Below are positions 8,702 through 18,239 of a DNA stretch of 64,000 bases, in pieces. Where the stretch lies: positions 1,419 to 65,418 of the forward strand of contig DASXAO010000089.1 of assembly GCA_036406675.1 (NCBI GenBank), written 5' to 3'. A program made the translations under genes and the position numbers. This DNA comes from Burkholderiales bacterium (GTDB lineage: Bacteria; Pseudomonadota; Gammaproteobacteria; Burkholderiales; SG8-39). Position 1 is the first letter of the stretch, and every line of letters begins with the position of its first letter. The notes beneath the pieces are model-generated. The model was not told the DNA's origin and did no database searches. It worked only from the letters and a program-made list of their open reading frames with translations.

Positions 8702-9870
8702 GCGATCTCCAGCATGCGCGCCAGTCGCCGGGTCCCCTCGGCGAGTCGCTCGTGCGACGAGGCGAAGCACCAGCGCACGTAGCCCTCGCCCTCCGGCCCG
8801 AAAGCGGCGCCCGGCGCAAGGCCGAGTCCCTGCTCGCGCACCAGGCGCTTGCAGAACGCGAGGCTGTCGCCCATCCCTTCTATTCCGAGGAACGCATACA
8901 TGCTGCCCTCGGGTTCCGCCACCCGCACGCTGGGGATTGTCTTTAGTTGAGACACCAAAAAGTCGCGTGCGCCCCGGAAGCGCTCCAGCGTATGCGCGAT
9001 CACCGGCTCGCCGTGCACAACGGCGGCGAGGCCCGCGCGCTGGACGAACACGGGCGCGCACGAGGTGTTGTACTCGATCAGCTTGCCCAGGTCGGCGGCA
9101 AGGCCGGGCGGCACGACCAGCCAGCCCAGGCGCCAACCAGTCATGAGCCAGGACTTGGAAAAGGTATTGGCGCTGATCAGGCGGTCGTTCTCGTCCGCGA
9201 GCTTCAGGAAGGAGGGCGCGACGCCACCCGATCCGTAGTAGAGGCGCTCGTAGGCGTCGTCGGCGAAGATCCAGATGCCGTGCCGCCGGCAATGCTCGAG
9301 GAGCGCCTTCTGCTCGTCGCGGGTGATGGTCCAGCCGGTCGGATTGTTCGGCGAATTGAGGTACAGCGCGCGGGTGCCGGGCGCAAGCGCATCAATGAGC
9401 TCTTCAAGGTCGAGCTGCCATCCCTGGGGAGCGAATCTCAAGGAAACCGTTTTGACCCTGGCGCCCAGGATCTTCGGGATCTCCTGGAGGTTGGGCCAGA
9501 GCGGCACCACCTCGACCACGCGCTCGCCGGGGTCGACGATCAGCTGCGACGCGAGCATCAACGCGTTGACGCCAGCGCTCGTCACGGCGATCTGCGAGGC
9601 GGACACCGGGCGGTGCAGCCGCGTCACGTAGGATGCGAGCGCGTCGCGCAGCTCCGGAATGCCGAGGTTGTGCGTGTAGAACACCTCCCCGGCGCCGATC
9701 GAATCGATGCCGGCCTGGCGGATGAACCGGGGCGTGGGCTCGTCGGGCTCGCCCACCCAGAAAGCCAGGATGTCGCTGCGGCCGACGCCTTCGTTGTACA
9801 GCTCGCGGATCTTGGACGCGGTGAGCGAGCGCACCGCGGCGCGGGCGGCAAGGGGCGTTTCAGGTTTCAT
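8698..9870 (-). CDS. Pyridoxal-phosphate-dependent class I/II aminotransferase
   Basis: Fold-type I blocks (YTHNLGIPELRDALA, LNSPNNPTGW, FADDAYERLYY, SANTFSKSWLMTGWRLGW with the PLP Lys in SKS). Confidence 0.9.
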   Translation of the reverse strand: MKPETPLAARAAVRSLTASKIRELYNEGVGRSDILAFWVGEPDEPTPRFIRQAGIDSIGAGEVFYTHNLGIPELRDALASYVTRLHRPVSASQIAVTSAGVNALMLASQLIVDPGERVVEVVPLWPNLQEIPKILGARVKTVSLRFAPQGWQLDLEELIDALAPGTRALYLNSPNNPTGWTITRDEQKALLEHCRRHGIWIFADDAYERLYYGSGGVAPSFLKLADENDRLISANTFSKSWLMTGWRLGWLVVPPGLAADLGKLIEYNTSCAPVFVQRAGLAAVVHGEPVIAHTLERFRGARDFLVSQLKTIPSVRVAEPEGSMYAFLGIEGMGDSLAFCKRLVREQGLGLAPGAAFGPEGEGYVRWCFASSHERLAEGTRRLARMLEIA

Positions 9871-9897
9871 GAGCCGCGTATTTTAGACTGCCGGGGC

Positions 9898-10842
9898 ATG
9901 CATTCCCGGGAACCCTGGTCCAAAGCCCAGCTGTCGCTCGCGGCGGCCCTGGCCACCATGCTCGTCTGGGGCGTCAACTTCGCGTTCGTGAAGCACGTGC
10001 TGGACGGGATCGGCGTCGAGGCGCTGATGTTCGTGCGCTTCACCGTGCTGCCGCTGCTCGGCTTCGCGCTGCTGCTCGTCATCTTCCGCCGCCGCATCCG
10101 GCACACCTGGCCGCGGCGCCGGGACCTGTCGCGCTTCGTCGTCGCGGGGTTGATCGGCCACGCCGCGCACATCGGCGTGGTGATGTACGGCATGAGCCTC
10201 TCGACGCCGTTCTCCTCGTCGCTCGTGCTAACGAGCGGCCCGCTCTTCACGCTCATCATCCTCGCCCTCCTGAAGGTCGAGCGCCTGCGGGTGCGCCAGG
10301 TCGCGGGCACGCTGGTCGCGCTCGGCGGCATCGTGGTGTTCCTGAGCGACAAGTTCGCCGCCGGTTTTTCGCGCGCCGGCGTCGGCGACCTGGTGCTGCT
10401 TCTCGCCGCGGCCCTCTTCGCGCTGTACACGGTGCTGGTGCAGCCGCTCACCAAGCGCTACGGACCGCTGATCGTCCTCTGCTATACGCTGCTCTTCTCG
10501 GCGCCGCCGATCCTCCTCGCCACCCTGCCGGGCTTTCTCGCCACGCCGGCGAGCGCGTACACCGCCTCGGTGTGCATCGGGCTCGCCTGGGCGCTGGTGG
10601 TGTCGTCGTTCTTCGGCTGGCTCGCGTGGAGCTGGGTCAACGCGGTGCGAGGCGTGGCGCGCGCCGCCCCGTTCGGCTACCTTATGCCCCCGATCGCCGG
10701 CCTGGTCGCGTGGCTCACGCTGGGCGAAGCTTTCACCTGGCTCAAGATCGCGGGCGCGGCGGTGACCATGGCCGGCGTGGCCTATGCGCAGTTCGGCGGC
10801 GGCGCGCCGCCGCGGGAAGCCGCGCAACCCGACGCGGCATGA
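9898..10842 (+). CDS. DMT superfamily (EamA-type) transporter
   Basis: Ten predicted hydrophobic segments in two EamA-like halves. Start set at ATG 9898 (MHSREPW), because the upstream 317 codons of ORF 8947..10842 are antisense to the aminotransferase. Confidence 0.85.
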   Translation: MHSREPWSKAQLSLAAALATMLVWGVNFAFVKHVLDGIGVEALMFVRFTVLPLLGFALLLVIFRRRIRHTWPRRRDLSRFVVAGLIGHAAHIGVVMYGMSLSTPFSSSLVLTSGPLFTLIILALLKVERLRVRQVAGTLVALGGIVVFLSDKFAAGFSRAGVGDLVLLLAAALFALYTVLVQPLTKRYGPLIVLCYTLLFSAPPILLATLPGFLATPASAYTASVCIGLAWALVVSSFFGWLAWSWVNAVRGVARAAPFGYLMPPIAGLVAWLTLGEAFTWLKIAGAAVTMAGVAYAQFGGGAPPREAAQPDAA

Positions 10843-10867
10843 CATTCAACGCAAGGAGGAACGAAGC

Positions 10868-11413
10868 ATGTCGGCAGGACACGGTCACATCGACCCGTCG
10901 AACAAGAAGGTCGCGCTGCAGATCGCAGTGCTCGCGCTGGTGCTCGCGTTCTCCGAGACGCTGGGCAAGGCGGCCCAGACCAACGCGCTGAGCCTCAACA
11001 TCGAGGCTTCGAACCTGTGGTCGTTCTTCCAGGCGAAGACCATCCGCCAGACGGTCATACGGACGGCCGCCGAGCAAACTGCGCTGGCAGGGAATAGCGA
11101 GGAAGCGAAAAAGCAGGTCGAGGCATGGCGCAAGACCGCGCAGCGCTACCAGACCGAGCCCGAGACCGGCGAGGGCCGCGACGAGCTCATGGCGCGCGCC
11201 AAGGAAGCCGAGAAAAAGCGCGACCGCTCGATGGCGGCGTACCACCAGTACGAGCTCGCCTCGGCGGCGGTGCAGATCGCCATCGTGCTCGCCTCGGCCG
11301 CCATCGTCACCGGCGCGATGGCGCTCGCATGGATCGGCGCCGGGCTGGGCGCGGTCGGCGTCGCGTTCTGCCTGATCGGCTTCTTCGCGCCGACGGCGGT
11401 TCACATCTTCTAG
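10868..11413 (+). CDS. DUF4337-like membrane protein
   Basis: AAGGAGGA Shine-Dalgarno 8 nt upstream of ATG 10868. N-terminal helix region with NLWSFFQAK, charged coiled middle and two C-terminal TM helices. Confidence 0.7.
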   Translation: MSAGHGHIDPSNKKVALQIAVLALVLAFSETLGKAAQTNALSLNIEASNLWSFFQAKTIRQTVIRTAAEQTALAGNSEEAKKQVEAWRKTAQRYQTEPETGEGRDELMARAKEAEKKRDRSMAAYHQYELASAAVQIAIVLASAAIVTGAMALAWIGAGLGAVGVAFCLIGFFAPTAVHIF

Positions 11414-11418
11414 GGAAG

Positions 11419-12858
11419 CTATTTCTCCGGCTCGGCCGTCGTGGCGCCGGCGGCGTCGTTGGTGAGCGTGTCGCCCGCCTCCAGCGAAGGCGTGTTGTCG
11501 ATCGCGTCGCCGGGCAGCGCCGGCACCGCCATGCGGTCGCCCTCCTTCAGCCAGTTCGGGAACCACATGGCGATCTCCGGAAAGGCGAGCACGACGACGA
11601 CGCAGAGCACCTGGATCACCATGAAATCCGCCATGCCCTTGTAGATGGTGCCGAGGCTCCAGTCCTTCACGACCTGCTTGAGGTAATACGCCGACATGGC
11701 GACGGGGGGCGATAGAAACGCCGTCTGCAGCACCACCGCGGTAATGGTTCCGAACCAGACCATGTCGTAGCCAAGGCCCATGGCGACGGGAGCGAGCATC
11801 GGCAGGAAGATCAGCACGATCGCCGGCCATTCGAAGGGCCAGCCGAGCAGGAAGATGAGGAACAGAACGAGCGAGATCGTGCCCCAGGGCGGCAGCGGCA
11901 CCGCGAGCAGCGCATTGGTGATCCAGGTCGCGGTGCCGAGGCGCGCGAACACCGCGCCGAAGATGTTCGAGGCGACGGCGAGAAACAGCACCATGCTCGT
12001 GGTCGTGAGCGTCGACTGGCAGGCGGCGAAGATGCCTTTCCAGGTGAGGCGCCCGTAGGCGGCCACGAGCAGGATGGCGCCCAGCGCGCCGAGCGCGGCC
12101 GCCTCGGTCGAGGTGGTCAGGCCGGCGAGGATGGCGCCGAGCGTGGCGACCGTGAGCACGGTCACGGGAACCAGCCCGACCAGGCACTCCCAGAGGATCT
12201 TCAGCAGGTCGGTCTCCCTCTCCTCCTTCGGCACGGGAGGACCGAGCTTCGGATCGATGAAGCTGCGCGCCATCGTGTAGAGCATGTACATGCCGGCGAG
12301 CAGGAACCCCGGCCCGAACGCGGCCGCGTAGAGCTCGAGCACCGACACGCCGAGCACCGGGCCCATGACCACCAGCATCACCGACGGCGGAATGAGGATG
12401 CCGAGCGTGCCGCCCGCGGTGATCGAGCCCGCCGACATGCGCGCGTCGTAGCCGGTCTTGATCATGATCGGCCCGGCCATGATGCCGAGCAGCGCCACAG
12501 TCGCGCCCACGGTGCCGGCGGCGATGCCGAAGAGCGTCGCGGTGCCGAGGACCACGAGGTAGAGCGCGCCGCGCACCGGCGCAAAGAGATCGCGGAACGC
12601 CTTGAACAGGCGTTCCATCAGCCCGGCCTGGTCGCAGATGTAGCCCATGATGATGAACATCGGCACCGCGACGAACTCGTCCTGCTTCATCAGGCCGATG
12701 GTCTGCAGGTAGGCGAGGTCGAACACCGTGCTGCCCAGGCCGACGAAGCCGAAGATCAGCGCGAGAAACAGCAGCGTGAAGCTGATCGGGATGCCGACGA
12801 AGATGGCGAACAGCATCACCACCAGCATCGCCATGCCGAGCCATTCCAGAAGAGTCAT
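11419..12858 (-). CDS. TRAP transporter large permease (DctM-like, FcbT3/COG4664-type) with hydrophilic C-terminal tail
   Basis: Polytopic protein with typical DctM blocks (VPMFIIMGY, GGTLGILIPPSVMLV). 10-nt gap after the small permease gene. Confidence 0.9.
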   Translation of the reverse strand: MTLLEWLGMAMLVVMLFAIFVGIPISFTLLFLALIFGFVGLGSTVFDLAYLQTIGLMKQDEFVAVPMFIIMGYICDQAGLMERLFKAFRDLFAPVRGALYLVVLGTATLFGIAAGTVGATVALLGIMAGPIMIKTGYDARMSAGSITAGGTLGILIPPSVMLVVMGPVLGVSVLELYAAAFGPGFLLAGMYMLYTMARSFIDPKLGPPVPKEERETDLLKILWECLVGLVPVTVLTVATLGAILAGLTTSTEAAALGALGAILLVAAYGRLTWKGIFAACQSTLTTTSMVLFLAVASNIFGAVFARLGTATWITNALLAVPLPPWGTISLVLFLIFLLGWPFEWPAIVLIFLPMLAPVAMGLGYDMVWFGTITAVVLQTAFLSPPVAMSAYYLKQVVKDWSLGTIYKGMADFMVIQVLCVVVVLAFPEIAMWFPNWLKEGDRMAVPALPGDAIDNTPSLEAGDTLTNDAAGATTAEPEK

Positions 12859-12868
12859 ACTGAGATTC

Positions 12869-13420
12869 TCATACCTCCACTTTTGCGCGCTGCTCGAACT
12901 CGCGCCCGAAGCGGATCTGGTACCAGCACTTCAGCGACTCGGACACGCCCTGGATCATGAGCAGCAGCGCCGCGAGCGGCACCGCGGCGCGGAACGGCCA
13001 CATCACCGGCCGCCACGCCGTCTGCTCCGACTCCTCACCTATCGAGAACGAGTAGACGGCGTCGTCGATGCTGATCGCCATCAGGATGACGAGCGTCGGG
13101 TAGAAGAGCAGCAGGTACGAGGTGAGATCGATGATCCCTTTCCTGCGCTCCGAGAACTTCTCCCACAGCATGTCGGTGCGCACGTGCGCGCCCTTGTGCA
13201 GCGCATAGGCGCAGCCCAGCATGAAGGCCGAGCCGTTGGTCATGTAGCTCGACTCGAGCACCCAGATCGTGGGCGCGTTCAGGAGATAGCGCGAGAAGCA
13301 CTCGTAGCTGATCGACGCCACGAGCCACAGCATCGAGAGCGAGATCAGCTTCCCGGTCGCGTCGGAGAACCGATCGATGGCGCGAATGATCGCGTAGCAG
13401 ACCGGCGGGAAATCCCTCAT
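12869..13420 (-). CDS. TRAP transporter small permease (DctQ-like, FcbT2/COG4665-type)
   Basis: 183 aa with four hydrophobic segments, immediately upstream of the large permease. Confidence 0.85.
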   Translation of the reverse strand: MRDFPPVCYAIIRAIDRFSDATGKLISLSMLWLVASISYECFSRYLLNAPTIWVLESSYMTNGSAFMLGCAYALHKGAHVRTDMLWEKFSERRKGIIDLTSYLLLFYPTLVILMAISIDDAVYSFSIGEESEQTAWRPVMWPFRAAVPLAALLLMIQGVSESLKCWYQIRFGREFEQRAKVEV

Positions 13421-13461
13421 GCGGGCGCGAGAATAGCAGAGCTTTCCGGTAAGCTGCGGCC

Positions 13462-14904
13462 ATGCTGCTGGGCTTCGTCGTCGCCTATCTCGTCGCGACC
13501 ATCGCGATCGGACTGTGGGCCGCGCGGCGCGTCAAGAACACCGCCGACTTCGCGGTCGCGGGCCGGCACCTGCCGCTCGTGATGATCGTCACCACGACTT
13601 TCGCCACCTGGTTCGGGTCGGAGACGGTGCTCGGCATCCCGGCGAAGTTCGTCCAGGGCGGCCTGAACTCGGTGGTCGAGGATCCGTTCGGGTCGAGCCT
13701 GTGCCTGGTCCTGGTGGGGGTGTTCTTCGCCGGCAAGCTCTACCGCATGACGCTCCTCACGATCAGCGACTACTACCGCGAGCGCTTCGGCCGCGGCGTC
13801 GAGGTGGCGTGCTCCCTCATCATCATCGCGAGCTACGTCGGCTGGGTCGCCGCCCAGGTCACCGCGCTCGGTCTGGTGTTCAACCTGCTTTCCGACGGCG
13901 CCGTCTCGCCCTCGCTCGGCATGGTCATCGGCACCGTCTCGATCCTCGCCTACACGCTCTTCGGCGGCATGTGGTCGGTGGCGGTGACCGATTTCGTGCA
14001 AATGATCATCCTGGTGGTTGGCCTCGCGATCATCGCGATGTTCGCCGCCGAGCGCGCCGGCGGCGCCGGCGAGGTGATCGCGTTCGCCGCGAACCGCGAT
14101 CTCTTCAGGCTGCTCCCCGAGCCGAGCTTCCACGGCATCGCCTTCTTCCTCGGCGCTGCCGTGACCGTGATGCTGGGATCGATCCCGCAGCAGGACGTGT
14201 TCCAGCGCGTGATGTCGGCAAAGGACGTCGAGGCGGCCACGCGCGGCCCGGTCATCGGCGGAGTCTGCTACTTCCTGTTCGCCTTCGTGCCGATGTTCCT
14301 GGTGACCTCGGCGCTGGTGATCATGCCGGAAGCCGGACAGCTGCTGAAGGAGGACCCGCAGAAGGTCCTGCCGGCGCTCGTCATGGCGCACATGCCGTTC
14401 GCGCTCCAGGTGCTCTTTTTCGGCGCCCTGCTCTCGGCGCTGAAGTCCACCGCGTCGGCGACCCTGCTCGCGCCGTCGATCACGTTCGTCGAAAGCATCT
14501 GGCGCCAATTCCAGCCGGACATGAGCGACCGCACGCGCCTCGCCACGATGCGCATCGCGGTGCTCGGGTTCGCCACGCTCGTCTGCGCCTGGGCGATCGG
14601 CTCGCAGGGCACCCCGATCTACGACCTGGTCGCGGCCTCCTACCAGCTGCCGCTCGTCGGCGCCTTCGTTCCGCTGGTGGCGGGCCTTTACTGGAACCGC
14701 GCCACGACGCAGGGCGCGGCGCTCTCCGTGGCGGCGGGCGTCGTCGGCTACCTGGCGCTGCGCGGCACCCCGGCGGGCGCAGCGTTCCCGGCGGAGCTCG
14801 CCGGCCTGCTGATGTCCGGCGTCGGCATGCTCGCCGGCTCGCTCACACCGCAGGCCCTCGCCAACCGCCAAGGCGCGCACTACCGCCTGGCGGGGCGCTC
14901 CTAG
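13462..14904 (+). CDS. Sodium:solute symporter (SSS) family transporter
   Basis: N-terminal GLWAARRVKNTADFAVAGRHLP and FATWFGSETVLG blocks. About 13 TM segments. Confidence 0.9.
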   Translation: MLLGFVVAYLVATIAIGLWAARRVKNTADFAVAGRHLPLVMIVTTTFATWFGSETVLGIPAKFVQGGLNSVVEDPFGSSLCLVLVGVFFAGKLYRMTLLTISDYYRERFGRGVEVACSLIIIASYVGWVAAQVTALGLVFNLLSDGAVSPSLGMVIGTVSILAYTLFGGMWSVAVTDFVQMIILVVGLAIIAMFAAERAGGAGEVIAFAANRDLFRLLPEPSFHGIAFFLGAAVTVMLGSIPQQDVFQRVMSAKDVEAATRGPVIGGVCYFLFAFVPMFLVTSALVIMPEAGQLLKEDPQKVLPALVMAHMPFALQVLFFGALLSALKSTASATLLAPSITFVESIWRQFQPDMSDRTRLATMRIAVLGFATLVCAWAIGSQGTPIYDLVAASYQLPLVGAFVPLVAGLYWNRATTQGAALSVAAGVVGYLALRGTPAGAAFPAELAGLLMSGVGMLAGSLTPQALANRQGAHYRLAGRS

Positions 14905-15488
14905 CCGGCGCCGAGGCAGCGCCGGAACAGCTCGGCGGCGGTCTTGACGCCGAGCTTCTGCATGATCCGGCTGCGGTGGAATTCGACCGTCTTGACGCTG
15001 ATCGCGAGCTCTTCGGCGATCTGGCGGCTGGGCTTGCCGTCGAGGACGCGTTGCAGGACTTCGCGCTGCCTGGACGACAGCAGCTCGAGCGGCGCTCCGG
15101 GCTCCGGTTTCGCGGGCTCCCCGGCGTCGAAGGTCTCGAGCGCGGCGCGCACCTGGGAGAGGAGCTGCTCGTCGTCGAACGGCTTCTCGATGAAATCGAA
15201 GGCCCCCTTCTTCATCGCGTCCACCGCCATGGGGATGTCGCCGTGGCCGGTGATGAAGATCACCCGCACCCGCCGGCTCCGGCGCAGCAGCTCCTCGTGC
15301 AGCGCGGTGCCGGTCATCCCGGGCATGCGGATGTCGAGCAGCACGCAACAGCGCTGGGTGAGATCGGCGTCCTCCAGGAAGGCGTCGGCCGAGGAGAAGG
15401 TCTCGACGTCGAGCTGCGCGGTGCGAAAGAGCAGCTTCAGCGCGTTGCGCACCGCGTTGTCGTCGTCGACGATGTAGACGCGGCTCAT
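14901..15488 (-). CDS. FixJ/NarL-type response regulator (receiver + LuxR HTH)
   Basis: 195 aa. Receiver (VYIVDDD, LLDIRMPGMTG, FITGHGD, KKGAFDFIEKP) plus HTH (SSRQREVLQRVLDGKPSRQIAEELAISVKTVEFHRSRIMQKLG). Its start overlaps the kinase stop by 4 nt. Confidence 0.9.
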   Translation of the reverse strand: MSRVYIVDDDNAVRNALKLLFRTAQLDVETFSSADAFLEDADLTQRCCVLLDIRMPGMTGTALHEELLRRSRRVRVIFITGHGDIPMAVDAMKKGAFDFIEKPFDDEQLLSQVRAALETFDAGEPAKPEPGAPLELLSSRQREVLQRVLDGKPSRQIAEELAISVKTVEFHRSRIMQKLGVKTAAELFRRCLGAG

Positions 15489-16837
15489 GCGGCGCCGGGC
15501 AGCGTGAAGGCGAACACTGCACCGGCGTGGTTTCCGTGCTGCCCGCCGCGCTCGTCGTTGCGACGATGGCGGATGCTGCCGCCGTGCGCCTCGACCACCG
15601 AGCGGCAGATCGACAGGCCCAGGCCGAGCCCGCCGGGCTTGGTGGTGACGAACGGATCGAACAGGCGCTCGCTGGCCTCGCGCGGCACGCCGTCGCCGAG
15701 GTCCGAAACCGTGAACGTGCCGCTGCCGTCGCCTTCCAGCCGCGTCGCCACCGTGATGCGCCTTCGCTCGGGCGACAGCGTTTCGACCGCCTCCATGGCG
15801 TTGCGCACGAGGTTCAGCGCCACCTGCTCGATGAGCAGGCGGTCGGCGCGCACCGCGGGCGGCGTCGCCGAGAGGCGCCGCTCGAACGTGATGCCGGCGT
15901 CGCGCGCCGCGGGCTCGGCGAGCCGCAGCACCGCGCCGACCAGCTCGTTCAGGTTCTGCTCGGTGAACGCCGGCCCGGGCGGCCGCAGGAAATCCCTCAG
16001 GCGCTGGATGATCTTGCCGGCGCGCTTCGCCTGGTCGCGGCAGATGTGCATCGCCTGCTGCAGCTCGCCGCTGTCCGGGTCGCCCGATTGCAGCATGCGC
16101 ATGCAGCTGTGGTTGTACGTGGCGATCGCCGCGAGCGGCTGGTTGAGCTCGTGCGCGATCGCCGAGGCGAACTCGCCGAGCGCGACGAGGCGCGCGGTGC
16201 GGTGCGCGGCGTCGCGGTGCTTGGCGAGAAGCTCGCGCGCGCGCCGCTCCTCGGTGACGTCGGAGAGCACGCACAGCCGCGCGCCGCGGACGTCGCTCCA
16301 GGAAAGAGGATTGGAGCGCAGCACGAACCAGCGGTCGGCGGCCGGGTTCTGCGTTTCGCCCGACTCGTTGAAGCGCGGCCGGGCGGCGCCGAACGTCTCG
16401 GCGTAGCGATGGTTGCTGTAGAGGATTTCGCCGTTGGCGGCGTCCTCCACGTAAACCGGGGCGTTCAGGCTTTCCAGGGCGGCGGTGAAGCGCTCCTCGG
16501 CGTGCCGCAGCGTCTCGCGCAAGCGTGCGACGAGGATCACCAGTCCGATGAGCAGCGCGGCCGCCGGACCGATCTCCACGACATCGGCGCGTGCGCCATA
16601 CCAGCACGCCAGCGCAGCCGAAAGCACGACGAACCCCACGACGCGGCCTGACATCCAGCTTGCGAAGGCGACCGGCACGGTATAGAGGAGACCAAGCCGG
16701 TAGCCGCCGCCGGTCAACGAATCGGCCGTAGCCACCAGAAGCACCAGGCCGAACGCGGTAAACACCGCGGCGCCCCGGCGCCATCCGTCGCGCGCTAACG
16801 ACGGTGCGGAAATCGGAAAAAAGCGGGTGGCGCGCAT
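15485..16837 (-). CDS. Membrane-anchored PAS sensor histidine kinase (FixL/DctS-like)
   Basis: Hydrophobic N-terminus, PAS-like segment, H-box FASAIAHELNQPLAAI and ATPase boxes (LNLVRNAMEA, DLGDGV, GGLGLGLSI). Start set at ATG 16837, because the upstream part of the 630-aa ORF is Arg/Ala-rich junk. Confidence 0.85.
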   Translation of the reverse strand: MRATRFFPISAPSLARDGWRRGAAVFTAFGLVLLVATADSLTGGGYRLGLLYTVPVAFASWMSGRVVGFVVLSAALACWYGARADVVEIGPAAALLIGLVILVARLRETLRHAEERFTAALESLNAPVYVEDAANGEILYSNHRYAETFGAARPRFNESGETQNPAADRWFVLRSNPLSWSDVRGARLCVLSDVTEERRARELLAKHRDAAHRTARLVALGEFASAIAHELNQPLAAIATYNHSCMRMLQSGDPDSGELQQAMHICRDQAKRAGKIIQRLRDFLRPPGPAFTEQNLNELVGAVLRLAEPAARDAGITFERRLSATPPAVRADRLLIEQVALNLVRNAMEAVETLSPERRRITVATRLEGDGSGTFTVSDLGDGVPREASERLFDPFVTTKPGGLGLGLSICRSVVEAHGGSIRHRRNDERGGQHGNHAGAVFAFTLPGAA

Positions 16838-16978
16838 GTCGCGGAGCTTACCGTTAACCGACGCCCGCGCGCTCGCTAGGGTTTCCCCGTATTGTTGACG
16901 CGAAAGTGCTGGCTTAGCCTCGCGGGCGGGAACGCGGGCCAAGCGCAGGAACGCAGGCCAAGCTCTACCGAGGGGTGC

Positions 16979-17218
16979 ATGGCGCAGAACGAGGACAAGC
17001 TGAAAAAAACGGTCGCCGGCTTCGCCGTGCTGCTGACCACCGTCATGGAGATCGTGCGCGCGAAGGGCGCGAAGCCGATCGTGCTCGACGCCTATGACGA
17101 CGCGGCCGACCAAATCATCGACGGCCTGCGCGGCAACGGGATCACGGATGAGGAGCTCCAGGCGATCCACAAGGCGCTCGCCCGCCTGCGCCTCGCCTTC
17201 GAGGAACAGAAGCCCTAG
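16979..17218 (+). CDS. Small hypothetical protein (79 aa)
   Basis: Balanced, helix-prone sequence from MAQNEDKLKK with good G/C third-position bias. No family recognised. Confidence 0.4.
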   Translation: MAQNEDKLKKTVAGFAVLLTTVMEIVRAKGAKPIVLDAYDDAADQIIDGLRGNGITDEELQAIHKALARLRLAFEEQKP

Positions 17219-18222
17219 ACCCCGAAGTAGCTCTCGAACGCCGCCAGCGCGCGCTCGATGCCGGCGGCGTCGACGTCGAGGTGCGTCACCAGCCGCGTTC
17301 TCGGTCCCGCCAGCGCGAGCACCCCGTGGTTGCGGAGGTGCTCCGCGAGGCTCGCTGCCTTCTCCGGTGGCAGGCACAGGAACACCATGTTGGTATGGAC
17401 CTCCACCGGCAGGTCGAGGGCGCGCAATCCGGCGGCCAGGCGCGCGGCGTTTCGGTGGTCCTCGGACAATCGCGCGACGTTGTGCTCGAGCGCGTAGAGC
17501 CCCGCGGCGGCGAGAACGCCCGCCTGCCTCATGCCGCCCCCCAGGATCTTGCGCGCTCGCTTCGCTTTCGCAATGAAGTCGGCCTTTCCGAGCAGCACGG
17601 TGCCCGCCGGCGCGCCCAGGCCCTTCGACAGGCAGGCCGACACCGAATCGAAACCCTTGCAGAGGTCCCGCACGCTCGTTTCGAGCTGGACCGCCGCGTT
17701 GAAGATCCGGGCGCCGTCCAGATGGGTCACCAGCTTCCTTCTGCCGGCGAGCCCGAGCGCTTCAGCGAGGTACTTCCTGGAAAGTACCCGGCCGCCAATC
17801 GTGTTTTCGAGCGCAAGAAGGCGCGTCCTGGCGAAATGCGGGTCGTCGGGCTTGATGGCGGCCTCGACCTCGGCGAGGTCGAGCGTGCCGTCGGGGCGGT
17901 TGGCGATAGCCTGGGGCTGGATCGAGCCGAGCACCGCGGCGCCGCCCGCTTCGTACCGGTAGCTGTGCGCTTCCTGGCCCAGGATCACCTCCTCGCCGCG
18001 CTGGCAGTGGCTCATCAGCGCCCCGAGGTTGGACTGGGTGCCCGACGGGAAGAAGAGCGCCGCCTCGAAGCCGAAGATCTCGGCCGCGCGCGCCTGCAGG
18101 CGGTTGACCGTGGGATCGTCGCCGAAGACGTCGTCCCCGAGCTCGGCCTCGAGCATCGCGCGTCGCATTGCGGCCGAAGGCCGCGTGACGGTATCCGAGC
18201 GCAGGTCTACGATAGCGGCCAC
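17215..18222 (-). CDS. ltaE: Low-specificity L-threonine aldolase
   Basis: Colinear with E. coli LtaE (DLRSDTVTRPS, GDDVFGDDPTVN, GTQSNL, GGAAVLGSIQPQ, KPDD.HFARTRLL.LENT, DGARIFNA, CLSKGLG.P.G, GGGMRQ.G.LAAAG.YAL). Start set at GTG 18222 (VAAIVDLRSD), giving 335 aa. Confidence 0.9.
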   Translation of the reverse strand: MAAIVDLRSDTVTRPSAAMRRAMLEAELGDDVFGDDPTVNRLQARAAEIFGFEAALFFPSGTQSNLGALMSHCQRGEEVILGQEAHSYRYEAGGAAVLGSIQPQAIANRPDGTLDLAEVEAAIKPDDPHFARTRLLALENTIGGRVLSRKYLAEALGLAGRRKLVTHLDGARIFNAAVQLETSVRDLCKGFDSVSACLSKGLGAPAGTVLLGKADFIAKAKRARKILGGGMRQAGVLAAAGLYALEHNVARLSEDHRNAARLAAGLRALDLPVEVHTNMVFLCLPPEKAASLAEHLRNHGVLALAGPRTRLVTHLDVDAAGIERALAAFESYFGV

Positions 18223-18239
18223 GGGAGAAAGCTTAAACC

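Noticed and set aside
4393-16406. Other long shadow ORFs: 4393..6612 (-), 10742..12844 (-), 13417..15522 (-), 13515..16406 (+), 6890..8782 (+).
   Set aside because: Each overlaps a confidently identified gene in another frame or strand (dctA, TRAP DctM, the SSS transporter, the FixL/FixJ pair, the amidohydrolase). Each has low-complexity Arg/Pro/Gly-rich composition.
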